Positions 27,323 to 41,711 of a DNA stretch of 64,000 nucleotides are shown piece by piece (positions within the stretch are counted from its first letter, which is position 1; every line of letters starts with the position of its first letter). A model generated the notes under the pieces. It ran no database searches, was not told the DNA's origin, and saw only the letters and a list, made by a program, of their open reading frames with translations. This DNA is from the human T2T-CHM13v2.0 reference genome, Homo sapiens, in assembly GCF_009914755.1 (NCBI RefSeq), contig NC_060947.1; one strand, given 5' to 3'. The position numbers were made by a program, and so were the translations under genes.

Positions 27323-29429
27323 TGAATATTCATTTTACAATTTTTGGAAGATGCAGAAAGCAAGAAGGAGAAAAGGAAGACTACTCATGACACCACACTG
27401 TATGTGTGCAATGCATTTTTATGCACTTGTCTTTTTGTATAAGCTATGCCAACTTACCTAAATTTTTTAAATGCTGGAAATAATTCTGATTTTCATAAGC
27501 AATAAAAATGAGCTAGATCTTATATGGAGAACCTTATTCCTTTTATTCTTTTATGCTAGTTTGTTATTAATATTGATGTGTCTTCAGCAATACTGTACTT
27601 AGGGTTTACTCCAAACTAAATCAAAGAGCAAGTGGTTTGTTGCACTCTGAGCCTCTCCTTTGTGTTGCCTTCATCTACTTCTTTTACTCTCATTATACTT
27701 ACCTACTTAAGGCTGTTTCTAAGAAAAGCCTAAAACATTTCATAATAAAATGAAAGGCTAAAAATGTTACTTGCATAGTTCTCTTTTTGTGTGCGCACAC
27801 AGTACATTAATATAGGAAATGATAAAGTTTGTAAGGCTTTGAAATAATCATTTGTGACTGTTAACTTTGCTCATTTGAACAGTAAGCTCCCAATAATCAG
27901 TAGGAATTTATTTTGAGACATATGTAGGAGGCAAATAGTGTGCAGAAACCACTCTATATCATAAGCAATTACTGTGAACGAACAGTGAGAGAATTTTAAT
28001 GTTTATTACATCAATATTTTTTATTTTGCTTTTCTCTAACTCCTTCACCAACCTATCTCCTCTCATACATTATGATGCGTAGCTTTACGCACCCAGTACC
28101 CTTAAGACTAATGTCAGTTGTAAAAGTGTGGCATGGCATTTTACAAAAATTGCAAAACACATATTATGCAAATTCTCCTTAGCATCTCAAACATTAAAAG
28201 AATGAAGAATAGTATCTTCCTTTATAAATTCATTTGATACTGTCACAGCCAAAACTCATGTGACCTTGCAGCTCACAATTAGGATCACAAAAGAACTAGT
28301 TTTGATAGTCAACTCTGTAAAAGAAAGGAAAAAGCAATTCTAAAAGTCCAAAATGGCCTGTTAGACTGAGGCATGCAAAGAGAAGATAACTCTTTCTTTG
28401 CGAGCTAAACGCCTCATTACAGAATGATACCTTTCATGACTTAAAAACCTAGAAGAGAATATTAAGGTGAAGTTGCCAAACAAAGATCAGGCTTTCATGC
28501 AAATGTCTTTGGTAATTAAGGGGAGGGTGGTGCTAAATGTGCAATATTCCTTCTAAGCAGAATTGTTTCTAAATTCAGGGGTATGTTCATGCTGTAGTCT
28601 ATGAGGCAACAGCTGTTCTTAAGAGAACGCTGTCAATGTTGATAAGTTACTTTTAAAACTAAATCTGTTTGCTGAGCTCATGTTGTTTGGAAAACTATAC
28701 AGAATGAAATCTTTAATGCATTTTTTTCTTTTGAAAAAAGGGAAAAATCCTATCAATTGCAAGCAAAAGCAGAATTCTAAAAGCCCACAACCTTAGTGAG
28801 AGCCTAGGCTAAGCTCATTTATATGAGGGAGGGAGAAAAACATAAAGCACATTGGAATTCTGAGTCCCTAATCTGTGGATAACAATTTTAAACTCTGAAA
28901 ATGCACTGATTGCATTCTTTTAGTCCTTTTTTGGGAGTGGCTTAGTGTGGGACTGAGTGCTATTTTCATAACTGCTCTTTTGTTTGTTTGTAGGAATATA
29001 CTATTTCTCATGGGTTTATTTGTCATTTGTGATATGCTGGCCAAAGCAGTCTTGGACATCATTCTTCTCTTTATTTCGTGTGATACTTCAGGCATTGTTT
29101 AAACACAAGGGTAAAAGAAAGCATGAACTCTAGTGTCCAATAGGACTATACAACTCTGGCCTTAGGGAAAAAACCGTGAGAAATTTTCTCTTTAGTATTA
29201 TAACCCCTTCTTCATTCCACTCAATTCTAGAATTGCTTATAGTTGTATTCAGGAGCTCAATACCAGACCCAAGAGACCCAGTCAACTACATTCTGATTTC
29301 TTCTAATTTGTGTTGTCTTTACAAACTAACCAGTTCCTTGTTTCATTTTACAAACTTCCAAGCTCGGGGGCCTTTGAAAGTTATAGAATTAGAGCATTGG
29401 AGAGTATTTTAAAGGTATTCCTAGTCCAA

Positions 29430-31685
29430 TGTATTAGTCCTTTCTCATGCTGCTATAAAGAAACTCCCGAGACTGGGTAATTTATAAAGAAAAGAGGTTT
29501 AATTGACTCAGAGTTCCACATGGCTGGGGAGGCCTCAGGAAACTTACAACCATGGCAGAAGGCACCTCTTCACAGGGGGGCAGGAGAGAGAATGAGTGCC
29601 AGTGGGGGAAATGCCAGATGCTTGAAAAACCATCAGATCTCATGACAACTCACTCATTATCACGAGAACAGCATGGGGGGAACTGCCCCCATGATTCAAT
29701 TACCTCCCACTGGGTCCCTCCCATGACACATGGGGATTATGGGATTACAATTCAAGGTGAGATTTGGGTGGGAACACAAAGCAAAACCATATCATTCTGC
29801 TGCTGGCACCTCCCAAATCTCATGTCCTCACATTTCAAAACACAAAGTGTTCCCCAAAGTTTTAACTCATTCCAGCATTAACCCAAAAGTCCAAGTCCAA
29901 AGTCTCATATGAGACAAAGCAAGTCCCTTCCACCTATGAGCCTGTAAAATCAAAAGCAAGTTAACTGCTTCCTAGATAGAATGAGGGTACAGGCATTGGG
30001 TAAGCACTCATTCCAAATGGGAGAAATTGACCAAAACAAAGGGGCTACAGGCTCCATGCAAGTCTGAAATCCAATAGGGTCCAACAAGGCAGTCATTAAA
30101 CCTTAAAGTTCCAAAATGATCTCCTTTGACTCCAAGTCTCACATCCAAGTCGTGCTGATGCAAGAGGTGGGCTCCCACAGCTTTGGACAGCTCTGTCCCT
30201 GGGGCTTTGCAGGGTACAACCCTATTCTGCTGCTTTCACAGGCTGGCATTGAGTGTCTGTGGGTTTTCCAGGTGTATGGTGCAAGCTATTGGTGGATCTG
30301 CAATTCTGGGGTCTGGAGGACAGTGGCCCTCTTCTCACAGCTCCACTAGGCAGTGTCCTAGTGGGGACTGTGTGGAGGCTCCAGCCCCACATTTCCCTTC
30401 CACATTGTCCCAGCAGAGGTTCTCCATGAGGGCTTCACCCCTGCAGCAGATTTCTGACTGGACATGGAGGAGTTTCTGTACATCCCCTGAAATCTAGGCA
30501 GAAGTTCCCAAACTTAAATTATTGTCTTCTATGCACCTGCAGGCCCAACACCACATGGAAGCTGCCAAGGTTTGGGGCTTGCACTCTTTGAAGCAATGGC
30601 CTGAACTGTACCTTGGCCTCTTTTAGCCACAACTGGAGCTTGAGTGGCTGGGATACAGGGTACCATGTCCTGAGGCTGCACAGAGCAGGGGTGCCCTGGG
30701 CCCAGCCCAGGAAGCCATTTTTCCCTCCTAGGCCTCCGGGCCTGTGACGAGAGGGGCTACCCTAAAGACCTCTGACGTGCCCTGGAGACGTATTATTCCC
30801 CATGGTGTTGGCAATTAACATTTGGCTCCTTGTTTCTTATGCAAATTTCTGCAGCCACCCTGAATTTCTCCTCAGAAAATGGATTTCTCTTTTCTATTGC
30901 ATCATCAGGCTGCAAATTTTCCAAACTTTTATGCTGTGCTTCCACTTGAATGCTTTGTGGCTTAGAAATTTCTTTCACCAGATACCCTAAACCATCTCTC
31001 TCAAAGTTCCACAGATCTCTAGGGCAGTGGCAAATTGCCACCAGTCTCTTTGCAAAAGGATAGCAAGAGTGACCTTTACTCCAGTTCCCAACAAGTTATT
31101 CATCTCCATCTGAGACCACCTCAGCCTGGATTGATTGCTCATATCACTATCAGCATTTTAGTCAAAGCCATTCAACAAGTCTCTAAGAAGTTCCAAACTT
31201 TCCCACATTTTCCTGTCTTCTTCTGAGCCCTCCAAACTGTTCCAACCTCTGCCTGTTACCCAGTTCCAAAGTTGCTTCTACATTTTTGGGTATCCTTATA
31301 GCAGTGCCCACTCTTGGTACCAATTTACTATATTAGTCCGTTCTCATGCTGCTGTGAAGAAATACCCAAGACTGGGTAATTTATAAAAGAAAAAGGTTTA
31401 ATTGACTCACAGTTCCACATGACTGGAGAGACCTTGGGAAACTTACAATCATGGCAGAAGGCACCTCTCCACAGGGTGGCAGGAGAGAGAATGTCAGCAG
31501 GCAGAATGCCAGGCACTTATAAAACTATCATATCTCGTGGGAGCTCACTATCGTGAGAACAGCATGAGGGAAACTACCCCCATGATTCAGTTACCTCCCA
31601 CTGGGTCCCTCCCATGACATGTGGGGATTATGGGATTACAATTCAAGGTGAGATTTGGGTGGGGACACAAAGTCAATCCATATCA
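29430..31685 (-). mobile_element. Complete THE1 (THE1C-like) MaLR element: LTR 29430-29794, internal 29795-31328, LTR 31329-31685
   Basis: Two ~360-bp direct-repeat LTRs around a THE1-int body. 5-bp TSD TCCAA/TACAA (29425-29429, 31686-31690). Confidence 0.95.
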
Positions 31686-32465
31686 TACAACTTTAATGAA
31701 ATATAAAGTTATATTCTTTGTATCTGATAATGACCTAGTCTTTGCTTGAATGTTACATTTAGGGGTGGTTTAGGTTGTTAGAAAAAAATTTTTCTTTTAT
31801 TAAGCAAAAATAGTTTTGCCTACAAATTTCACTCATTGATTATAGTTTTGTTTTCTGGACTAACAGAATAATCTCACATGGATGCATAATTAAGGATGTG
31901 AACACATACCTTGACACAGTGAGGATATCAAGAGCTCAAAAAGAATTTAGTATTGGAGAATTGTGGCTCTTTTAAAAGAAGAAACGATTGAAGTTAATCA
32001 GCTTAAAGAGTGTAAGGAGTGAGGGAACTGTGATCAGTTTCATGTATTCATGTGTCAAATACTTGAATGATTCTGTTGGAAGGTGTAACTAAGTTTTTTG
32101 AATATGGCTCTAAAAGGCATGATTGGATCCAGTGGCTAGAATTAGAAGTAGGCAGATTCTGGATTAACCAAGTGATAAAAATAGAATGAATACCTTAGGA
32201 CATGGCCTATTTCACATTAGGAGAGCATTTAAGATTAGATAGTTGAATTTTATGAGTTATTAAATCCTTACTAGTCTGATATTTAGCAGGAATATGAAAA
32301 AATAATATATTTAGAAGATATACTATATGGTTATTGGAATATGAGGGGTTATGAAGATGGGAGCATAATGGAAATCTGTTAGATAAAGCTAAAAGAAGAG
32401 AAGAATCAACATAATTTGGGGTATTTAGGATAGGTGAGGTGGTTCGTGAAAGGCTGTGGAGCAAT

Positions 32466-33480
32466 AATTTTTTTAAAGTCAACTTTATTGTTGTATAATT
32501 TATATACAATAAAATAGGCTATTTTTAAGTTTACACTTTGATGTTCTGACAGCCTTATGTACTTATATAAGCATCACAATACTCAAGATATAGGAGATTT
32601 CCACATATGCCCCCAAAAGCTTCTTTGTGCACCTTCCCATTCAAATCCCACTTTAGGTCCTGTCTTGTGTCTTTTACCCTGCATTGCTTTTAAAAAATTT
32701 TATTTTTAATTTATGTGGGTGCATTGTAGGTGTATATATTTATGGGGTACATGCGATGTTTTGATACAGGCATGCAATGCATAATAACCAAATCATGTAA
32801 GATGGGGTATCCATCTCTTCAAGCATTTATCCTTTGTATTACAAACAATTTGATTATTTTTTTTAGTTATCTAAAATGCACAGTTAGGTTACTATTGACT
32901 ATAGTCACCCTGTTGTGCTATCAAATAGTAGGTCATATTCATTCTGTTTTTTGTACCCATGCTGCATTGCTTTTGAGATTTGCACATACTACTTTGCGTA
33001 TCAATGGTTTTATTCCCTTTTATTGCTGAGTAGTATTCCATTGTAGGCATATACTGCAATTTGTTTCTTCACTTGAATGGGAATTTAGGTTGTTTCCAGT
33101 TTTGGGCTATTATGAATAAAGCTTCTATGAACATTGATGTCTTTTTATGGATATAGGTTTTCATTCCTTTTGAGTAAATACCTAGAAGTGGTATTTCTGA
33201 GTCATAGAGAAGAGTAGATTTAATTTTATAAGGAAATGCCAAACTATTTTCAAAAGTGGTTTTACCATTTTACATTTGCACCAGTAGTGTAAGAGAGTTC
33301 TAGCTTTTTCATGACCTTGCTGACCCTTGGTATGGTCAGTCTTCTTAATTTCATCCATTCTAATTGGTGTGCAGTAGCATATCATTGTGGTTTTAGCTTG
33401 GATTTTCCCAGTGGATAATAATGTGAATCTTTCATGTGCTTATTGGCCATTTGTATGTTTTCTTTCATGAACTTGTACCA
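32466..33480 (-). mobile_element. Old L1MB/L1MC-type 3' fragment interrupted by a younger L1
   Basis: Antisense old L1 3' UTR and ORF2 end (TTACATTTGCACCAGTAGTG, CATTGTGGTTTT). Confidence 0.75.
32692..32961 (-). mobile_element. 5'-truncated L1MA 3' end (~270 bp)
   Basis: TATTTATGGGGTACATG...TTTTGATACAGGCATGCAATG. Perfect 13-bp TSD CTGCATTGCTTTT (32679-32691, 32962-32974). Confidence 0.9.
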
Positions 33481-33547
33481 GTCTCTTTCTAATGTAGCTT
33501 GCACAGAACAAGGCATAGCAGTGATACAGCACCTTTATTATCTAGTG

Positions 33548-34038
<491 letters not shown>

Positions 34039-35194
34039 ATTTAGAGAACTATTACAAATTCATTTTATGGGAAGTAGTACCTCTGCGAATAACATCACCT
34101 TCAAAAGTTAGATACCGCACCTTGAGGGGAAATGCTACTCTGGACTGAATTCTGGCAAACAAATGAAAATTGGCAATGGTGAGAGCTAAGAAAAGGAAGG
34201 CTGAGTGTCCTCAGAATGACCTTGATATATCTTGAGTAGTTTAAAAAGTGTTAGATATTTTGTAATGCAGAATTTATGAGAAGTGATAAGAATTAACATC
34301 AATACTAGACAGTCCTTCTGGGTTGGTCTTAGAAGAGTTCAGAGGGATTTGGGTAGCTTTGCCTTTTATCATTCTGCTGCCACTTCGTACTATAGTGAAG
34401 GGAGATTTTCGCTTCAGTCTTCGGGTCATATGCATTAGAACTTTGTCTCAGTAGCAGGAAGTTGCTATTTCCCTTTTGGTGATTTATTCACAGCACCTAT
34501 TACAAACTGAAAATCTTGCTAATGGTGAGTTTGGGTCTGAAATATTCATCCCAAGAAGAATTCTGTCAAGTCTAAATCAGGGTTGGGTTGAAGAGGTAAC
34601 ATTTTCTCTTGAAAGGAAGATCTATTTGATTTTTCGTATCCTTTAGGAGATAGACCATATTTTTCCTATTTGACTTTTAATAACTTTTTCTCTTATCCAT
34701 TCACTAGTTTCACATTTATTTAAACAAATACAAAGGTAAGGTAGAGTGACCAATCATGCAGACAGTGAAAAGAGAGATGTATAGTCATATAAATGGATTT
34801 TATGACAAGCTTAAATTAACCTCAGAAAATGGAAGTCAACCAATTTTATCTACTCAGATATTTTCAACATCATGAAATTTTTCCATTGGCCATCCTTTCC
34901 TCCTGCCTGGCATGTTCACCGTTTCCTTCTGTAAGGTTAAAAGAATGCTTTTATTTGCTGGCAGAAAATGCTTTCGGATACTCCTCTTTCTGCTTGAAAC
35001 AACAAAGTTCCCTGAATTCTCAATTTTTAATTATTTGTCAAATACTTTGTGACCAGTACTGTACCAAATTCTGTGGGGGTATACAAAGATGATATAAAAC
35101 TTAATTGCTATTTTCCAAGTGTTTAAAATCTAACCAGATGTAAAATAGAATAAAGTTTTAGCTATTATTTTAATTATATATATTGATCAATTTA

Positions 35195-35282
35195 TTCTTT
35201 TTATAATTTCAACTTATATTTTAGATACAGGGGGCACATGTGTATGTGTTACAGGGTTTATTGCATGATGCTTTAGGCTTGT
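35195..35282 (-). mobile_element. Very short L1PB/L1PA 3' terminal fragment
   Basis: AACTTATATTTTAGATACAGGGGGCACATGTG...TTGCATGATGC matches the L1 3' terminus seen at 14080 and 40150. Confidence 0.75.
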
Positions 35283-37497
35283 TGTAAATTTCTTGGCCTA
35301 TACACACATGTTAATTCGAAAGTTTTGATTTCAAAATTTTCATGACTTATCTATCATGATAATTTTTTATTTTTCAATCACCAGAGGACTATATAGACCA
35401 TTATCATCTTCAAGATGGGGGCATATCTTACACAGCTTTATTCACCAAGTGCATGCTTACAGTATATCTCAAGATATATTTCTTGAATTAAGTTGAATTG
35501 GCAGAAGTATCAATGAAAAACATAAGCTTGCTTTGGATAGGATATTGGGTTTAGAAACAATGTTTAATTCATTAGGTAAAGAGGGAAGTATATATTTTTA
35601 AATATCTATATTTCACATATAGTAAATCTAGTGGTAAAAGCATTTTAGGAATTGTTACTTATTAAAATATTGTGAAGGATTCAGAGATATGGGAGAGAGT
35701 AGTCATAGTACTAAATGCAGAGATAGCGAATATAGATACTGATAAAATATGTAGATTGTTATAATTTAGTCAGAAAAAATCATTTATTCAGATGGAGAAA
35801 AAGAAGCTGAAACAAATTGAAAAACTTTCTCACCTGTACTCCCCAGTTACTAGTTTTAAGTGCCAGACCCAGAAGTAAATAGTTTCTATTTGCCTGACCA
35901 CTGTGGACAGATTACAATATGTCAATGAGTATTCTGAGTAAGACTTTTAAATTTACTGCACCTGACTTTCAGAATGCTGATGTTTTCCTTTTATTCTTAC
36001 CACACTGAGTCTGAACATTTCAGATTGTAAGGTAGAATTTCCACACATTGTCTCTGGAGTCTAGGTTAAAACATAAGAAGCCACTTCAAGGTGATAAGTG
36101 TATATCTTACTCCTTGAAAGGACTAATAACTCAGAAAATGGAACCATCCCTTGTCCACTCATCTCTCCCACTCCCCCAACCCCTTACTTCCTGATTACTG
36201 CCTGACTTCACTGATGTTATGAGAGTAGGAAGAGGCTTTGTCCTTGCCCCTCCTTATTCATCTCCATCATCATTATTCATGTCTGTCTTCATGTGTGAGA
36301 GGAGAAGGTATACATTTTGCTCTATAAATTTATTTATTCATTTTATCTTTAAAGTTGTTGGTTTAACATTGGCGTTTCAATATAACCCATTTTGCATTGG
36401 GGTATATAACATGGAAAGCTTTTTTCATTATGCTTTTCTCTTCCAACTCTACATGGAAGGTCAGTGTGGTTATAATGTAGATACATAAACACAGGTAAAG
36501 AAATGCGCAGAATAATCTTAGCAATTCCACAAGCATGAGATTTCCATGCTTTTGTAGCAGAATGTCCTTGAAATTGTCATTGAGCTTTGGGTAACCTTCC
36601 AGGATGAGATTCTGCTGCCAGTGAAACATAATGGGTTTTATGTCTTTATTTAGTCTACTTTATTTAAATGACTATAAGTAATCTCTCCTTATACCTTGCC
36701 CATTATTCCAATAAATATACTTGACAGGGATGGAAAGGGTAGGAAAAATACCCTTATTTACCCTCTGATAAATATTTGCAAAAATAAATCTTTATTATGA
36801 AGCTCCTTTGAACAAGGATGGCTTAGATATTAAACTATTATATCTAACCTTCCAATTTAATTACATTATTATGTACATAAGCACTGAAAATCCTTATGAG
36901 ATGTATAGTCAAAAATACGTTTCCAAAGCGGAGATGTGTTTATACTTAATAGAAATTAAAGTGATTTGGATTGTGGAAGATTGTTTTGGGGAGCTATAAC
37001 ACAAAATGTTTATTGCTATATTAACAATACAGGTATTAATAAAGTGTGACTGGGCAGATTGTAATGTCTGAAAGTACATTAAAAACATTTTTCAGGGTAA
37101 AAAATGTTTGAGTTTTCTTGGACAGTTTATTAGTTTCAGGGCCTTTTATGTGTTGTTTAGATGAAGCAATGGAATTGTTCTGAAACTTAAAACACTGCAA
37201 TACTCAGAATGTGGATGGGGAGCATAAACTTGGTTTATATATTAGAAATCTTACCCAATTGTAGTAAGGGGATATAATTAGAAACACTAAGAAATAAAAA
37301 TGAATGGAAGCTGAAATAATCTGGAAGGCGGAAGTGGATGGTGGGAAGGTACCAAGAGGCCAGAGGGCATGAACTCCACTCCGACATCTAAGAAAGCTGG
37401 GGTGGATACAGTTAAGTGTAAATTTGGGGAAGGTATCTTGAAATCCAGCATTGGGTTGTATCTCTCAAAGGACCCTGAGCAAGCTCCAGACTAGAGG

Positions 37498-37657
37498 TCC
37501 CTCCAACTTTATTGTGCGTATGAGTCACCTGGGGATCTGGTTAAAATGCAACTTCTGATTCAATAGGTCTAGATGGAGCTTGAGGGTATGCATTTCTAAC
37601 CAGCTCCCATATGATGATGATGATGCTGGTCCTTGAACCAACTTTGAGCAGCCAAGG
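37498..37657. mobile_element. MER5A-type hAT DNA transposon
   Basis: GTCACCTGGGGATCTGGTTAAAATGCA...CTGATTCAATAGGTCT...TGCATTTCTAACCAGCTCCCA...GATGCTGGTCC. Confidence 0.88.
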
Positions 37658-37879
37658 TCCAGGGAGCACTTTCCAACCCCTCAGGAAAGAGGTCTATAGG
37701 CACTGAAAGAACCAGCTGGCATTTGTGTTCTGAAGCCATAGTGTCATTTTCTGGCTGAAGAGAAATGATTTTCCCTTCTCAGGCACCCTTACGACTGCTG
37801 AAAAGAGCACAGAAGCAATGACAAAATTTAAGCCAGCAACTCTTACAGTTGTACAATTGGGCTCTCTCACAGGCTGATT

Positions 37880-38350
37880 AATAATAATAATAACAACCGT
37901 AATAATAAACGTGTATATGGGGCTCACTGGCCAAGCATTGTGCTAATGCTTTCCGTGGGTGTTTCGTTTTAGTCCTCACATCCTCCCTTTGAAAGAGGTA
38001 CCATTATTATCTACAGTTTATAAATGAGGAAATGAACTTAGGGGATGTTAGGATCACACACAACTACTTGGGATTCAAACTTGAATTTGCGTCAGGATGT
38101 GTCAGTGATGTGTCAAGATCACACACAACTGCTAAGGATTCAAATCAGGATTATATGACTACCTTATCTATTCTTTCAGCCGTTTTCTAAGGGCTTACTA
38201 TGTGTCAGGAACATTTAATAAAATCCAGCGTTTGAGAGAGGAATCAATGCTATTGGAGATGGAGAAACTGATATCCAGAGAGGGAAAATGATTTACCCAG
38301 AGTTGAGTTGCGTAGAGATTCAAACATAGGCTGTCTGGCTTGAAAGCAGA
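37880..38350 (-). mobile_element. MIR fragments (two adjacent)
   Basis: ATTATTATCTACAGTTTATAAATGAGGAAA and GATGGAGAAACTGA...GATTCAAAC antisense MIR cores. Confidence 0.7.
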
Positions 38351-38594
38351 GAGAGACTGGGTTAACAGCAGTGAAAAAACTCCTACAACCACAGAGGAGT
38401 ATTTAGGAGTAAATTAAGACCCTTCATGAAGGGAGAATATCTTGAGAACCAAGTAGCATTATTTTGGGGGACGCAGGAACCAAACACATTTTGATGGTCA
38501 TGCACGCCCTTGCTCCCCCCACCCAGTGCTGATATGGCCTAGGAAAACAAAGTTTTACAGTGTTATTTAGAAAGGAATTACATATTTGAACAGC

Positions 38595-38720
38595 TATATA
38601 TATCTATATATATTTATATATATAGATATAAAATATATATATAAAATATATCTATATTTATACATATAGATATAAAATATATATATAAAATATATATATA
38701 TTTATACACACACACACACA
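38595..38720. repeat. AT-rich (TA)n-derived minisatellite followed by (CA)n
   Basis: Repeated ATATAAAATATAT units seen directly. Confidence 0.9.
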
Positions 38721-38968
38721 ATTCAGTAATTCCATTCACACTTTATCAGTTGTAAATTTAACATTAACTAGTATTTTAGGAAGTAGAGTTGGTCAGCCAA
38801 GGAAGGTTGGATGGATGTAGATGCATGTCTATATATGTATGTAACTGGAGCTCATTTAAAGGTCATTTACTCTTTCTCTTTAAATTGTTGACAAAATATT
38901 TTGCATTTAAATCAATATAAGCAATGGGAAAACTGCCACATGGATTTTTTTCCCTAAGAAAGCCCTAT

Positions 38969-39018
38969 CTATCCATCCATCCATCCATCCATCCATCCAT
39001 CCATCCATCCATCCATCC
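38969..39018. repeat. (TCCA)n tetranucleotide microsatellite
   Basis: About 12 ATCC units seen directly. Confidence 0.95.
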
Positions 39019-39483
39019 TCACAAAGGAATATACTGAGTATAAAGGATTAAACTCTACCAAACTATATGCATCTAAATAGCTTATTCCTCAAAATCATGG
39101 AGTAGTTCAGCTTGAATCATTATCAAATTTCTGGATTTGGGATCATACAACTTTTTCTTTAGTTTTTATTTTGAAAAAATATTAGATTTATAGAAAAGTT
39201 GCAAATACAGTAGAGTTCTCATATGCCCTTCACCCAGTTTTCCCTAATGCTACCATCTCATCAAAACCATACGGTTAATGTTGCTAAAATGCTATTAACT
39301 AATCTACAGGCATTTATATGATTTTTCCAGTTTTCCCACTAAAAACTTTTTCATTTTTCTAAACTTTGTGAATTCATCCTTAATGGTTGTTCTTAATGCT
39401 GATTTTTGAGGAATAATGAATGAGAATATCAGAGGAAGAGAAGACATGTATTCAGATTGAGAATGTAGACATATGCACTTTGC

Positions 39484-39947
39484 TGTTGTGGGTTGAATTG
39501 TGTTCCATCAAAATATGTTGAGGTCCTAACTCCCAACACCTGTGAATGTGACCTTATTTGGATATGGAGTCTTTGCAGATGGTCAAGTTAAGATGAAGTC
39601 TTTAAAGCAGGCCCTAATCCAGTATGACTGTGTCCTTATAAAAAGGGGAAATTTGGACTTAGAGACAAACAGGCACACACACACGCACACGCACACACAC
39701 ACAAGGAAAATACCATGTAAAGATTGGAGTTAAGCTGCTACAAGTCAAGGAACTACCAGGAACTAGGGGAGAAGCCTGGAAGATATCCTTCCTGAGCACC
39801 TTCAGGGGAAGCCTTGAAACGTTGATCTCAGGTGCTGACACCTTGATCTCAGATTTCTAGCCTCCATAACAGTGAGACAATAAAAATCTGTTGTTCAAGC
39901 CACTCAGTTTATGGTACTTAGTTTGGCAACCCTAGCAAAGTAATACA
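39484..39947 (+). mobile_element. MLT1B/C-like MaLR solo LTR
   Basis: TGTTGTGGGTTGAATTGTG...GAATGTGACCTTATTTGG...CCCTAGCAAAGTAATACA. 5-bp TSD TTTGC/TTTGA. Confidence 0.88.
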
Positions 39948-40006
39948 TTTGAAGCTTGGGTACCTTTGTCAGGTGCTGTGCTGTTCTTACTGTGGCATAT
40001 GTATGT

Positions 40007-41033
40007 GTAATTTGCATTTCCCTGGTGATTAGTGATGTTGAGCATTTTTTCATATATCTTTTGGCCATTTGTATGTTTTCTTTTGAAAAATATCTGCTCA
40101 TGTCTTTTTCCCACTTTAAAAAATAACCATAATTGTTATTTTATTTTTTAACTTTTATTTTAGATTCAGGGGGTACATGTCCAGAATTCTTAGAGAGGTG
40201 TATTGCATGATTCTGAGGGTTGGAGTACAATTGACTGCATCATCCAGGTGGTGAGCATAGTACCCAATAGGAAGTTTTTCAACTCTTGTTCCCCTTTCTC
40301 CTTTTCTACTCTTGTATTCCCCAGTGTCTATTGTCCTCATCTTCATGTTGGTGTGTACCCAATGTTTAGCTTCCACTTATAAGTGAGAACATGAAGTATT
40401 TGATTTTCTGTTTTTGCATTAATTCGCTTAGGATAATGCCTTTGCCCACTTTTTATGGGGCTATTTGTGGGCTTTTGTTGTTGTTGTTGAGTTTGAATTC
40501 CTGGTAGATTCTGGAGTCCTTTGTTGGATGCGTAGTTTGCAAATATTTTCTCCCATTTTGTAGGTTGTCTGGTGGTCTGTTCACTCTGTTGATCATATCT
40601 TTTTCTATACAGAAGCTTTTAGTTTAAGTTAGTTCCATTTGTCTGTTTTTGTTTTGGTTGTATTTACTTTTGAGGCTTTATTCATGAATACTTTGTCTAG
40701 GCCAATGTCCAGAAGAAGTTTTCTTAGGTTTTCTTCTTGAATTTTTATAGTTTAAGGTCTTACATATAAATCTTTAATCCACATTGGGTTAATTTTTGTG
40801 TATTGTGAGAGATAGGGGCCCAGTTTCATTCTTCTGTAAATGGCTGCCCAATTTCACCTGCCCCATTTATTCAAGAGGGTATCTTTTCCCCAGTATGTTT
40901 TTTTGAAGATCAGTTGGCTGTAGGTATGTGGCTTTATCTCTGGGTTTTCTCTTCTTTTCCATTCATCTATGTTTCTATTTTTATATGTACCTTGCTGTTT
41001 TGGTTACTATAGCCTTGTATTATATTTCGAAGT
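40007..41033 (-). mobile_element. L1 ORF2 C-terminal fragment carrying a nested L1PA16/L1PB 3' end (40118-40440)
   Basis: ORF2 remnant ([24 protein letters not shown]). Nested 3' UTR flanked by TTTTCCCACTTT (40106-40117) / TTTGCCCACTTT (40441-40452). Confidence 0.85.
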
Positions 41034-41405
41034 AACATCCAGAGTTCTTTAACCTTGTTAACTGATGTGAACCTAAGGACTGAAAGGATGGCTTTGTTCT
41101 TCTTCTTGTTGTGTGTGCATGTAGAATTTCAGAGCCCGGTAGTTTTCTGTAAAAGTAATGTGTGGTTTTACTAGAATGGAGCCCAGCCTGTAAATTGGTT
41201 TCATATTTCTGCCATGCTTGGCACTGGAAGAACTTACCAATGACAGAGTACTCCTCTAGGGAGGGAGACAGTTGTATACCTGGACTTTTGCCTCTTCTGG
41301 GCCTAGTGAGTTATTTTTGGAATAGCAGATGACCAGTGTTTGTCACTGAGTCTTCTGGCATCATTATGGTTCTGTTGAAGAGTGGCTCTGGAGATTGCTG
41401 GAAAC

Positions 41406-41711
41406 TTTTTTTTTTTAAAGAGAGACAGGGTCTTGCTCTGTTGCCCAGGCCAGAGCGCAGTGGCACAATCATAGCTCACTGCAGCCGTGAACTCCTGGGC
41501 TCAAGCAGTCCTCCCACCTCAGTCTCTCAAGTAGCTGGGACTACATGTGCATACCACCACACTAGGCTAATTTTTTTAAAACTTATTTTTTTGTAGAAAC
41601 AGGATCTTGCTGCATTGCCCAGGCTGGTCTTGAACTCCTAGCCTCAAATGACACTCCTGCCTTGGCTTCCCAAAATGCTGGGAATATAGGTGTGAACCAC
41701 TGTGCCTGGCC
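41406..41711 (-). mobile_element. AluJ
   Basis: Antisense dimeric Alu with J diagnostics (ATCATAGCTCACTGCAGCC, CTCCTGGGCTCAAG). TSD TTGCTGGAAACTTT at 41395 and 41712. Confidence 0.95.

Noticed and set aside
29552-31516. Cluster of 60-109 aa ORFs
   Set aside because: All lie within THE1 LTR/internal sequence, with the internal ORF fragmented
36531-36551. AAGCATG/CATGCTT hairpin
   Set aside because: A 7-bp stem is expected by chance in 64 kb
38044-38145. Repeated GATCACACACAACT...GGATTCAAA motif
   Set aside because: Old internal duplication within a MIR relic
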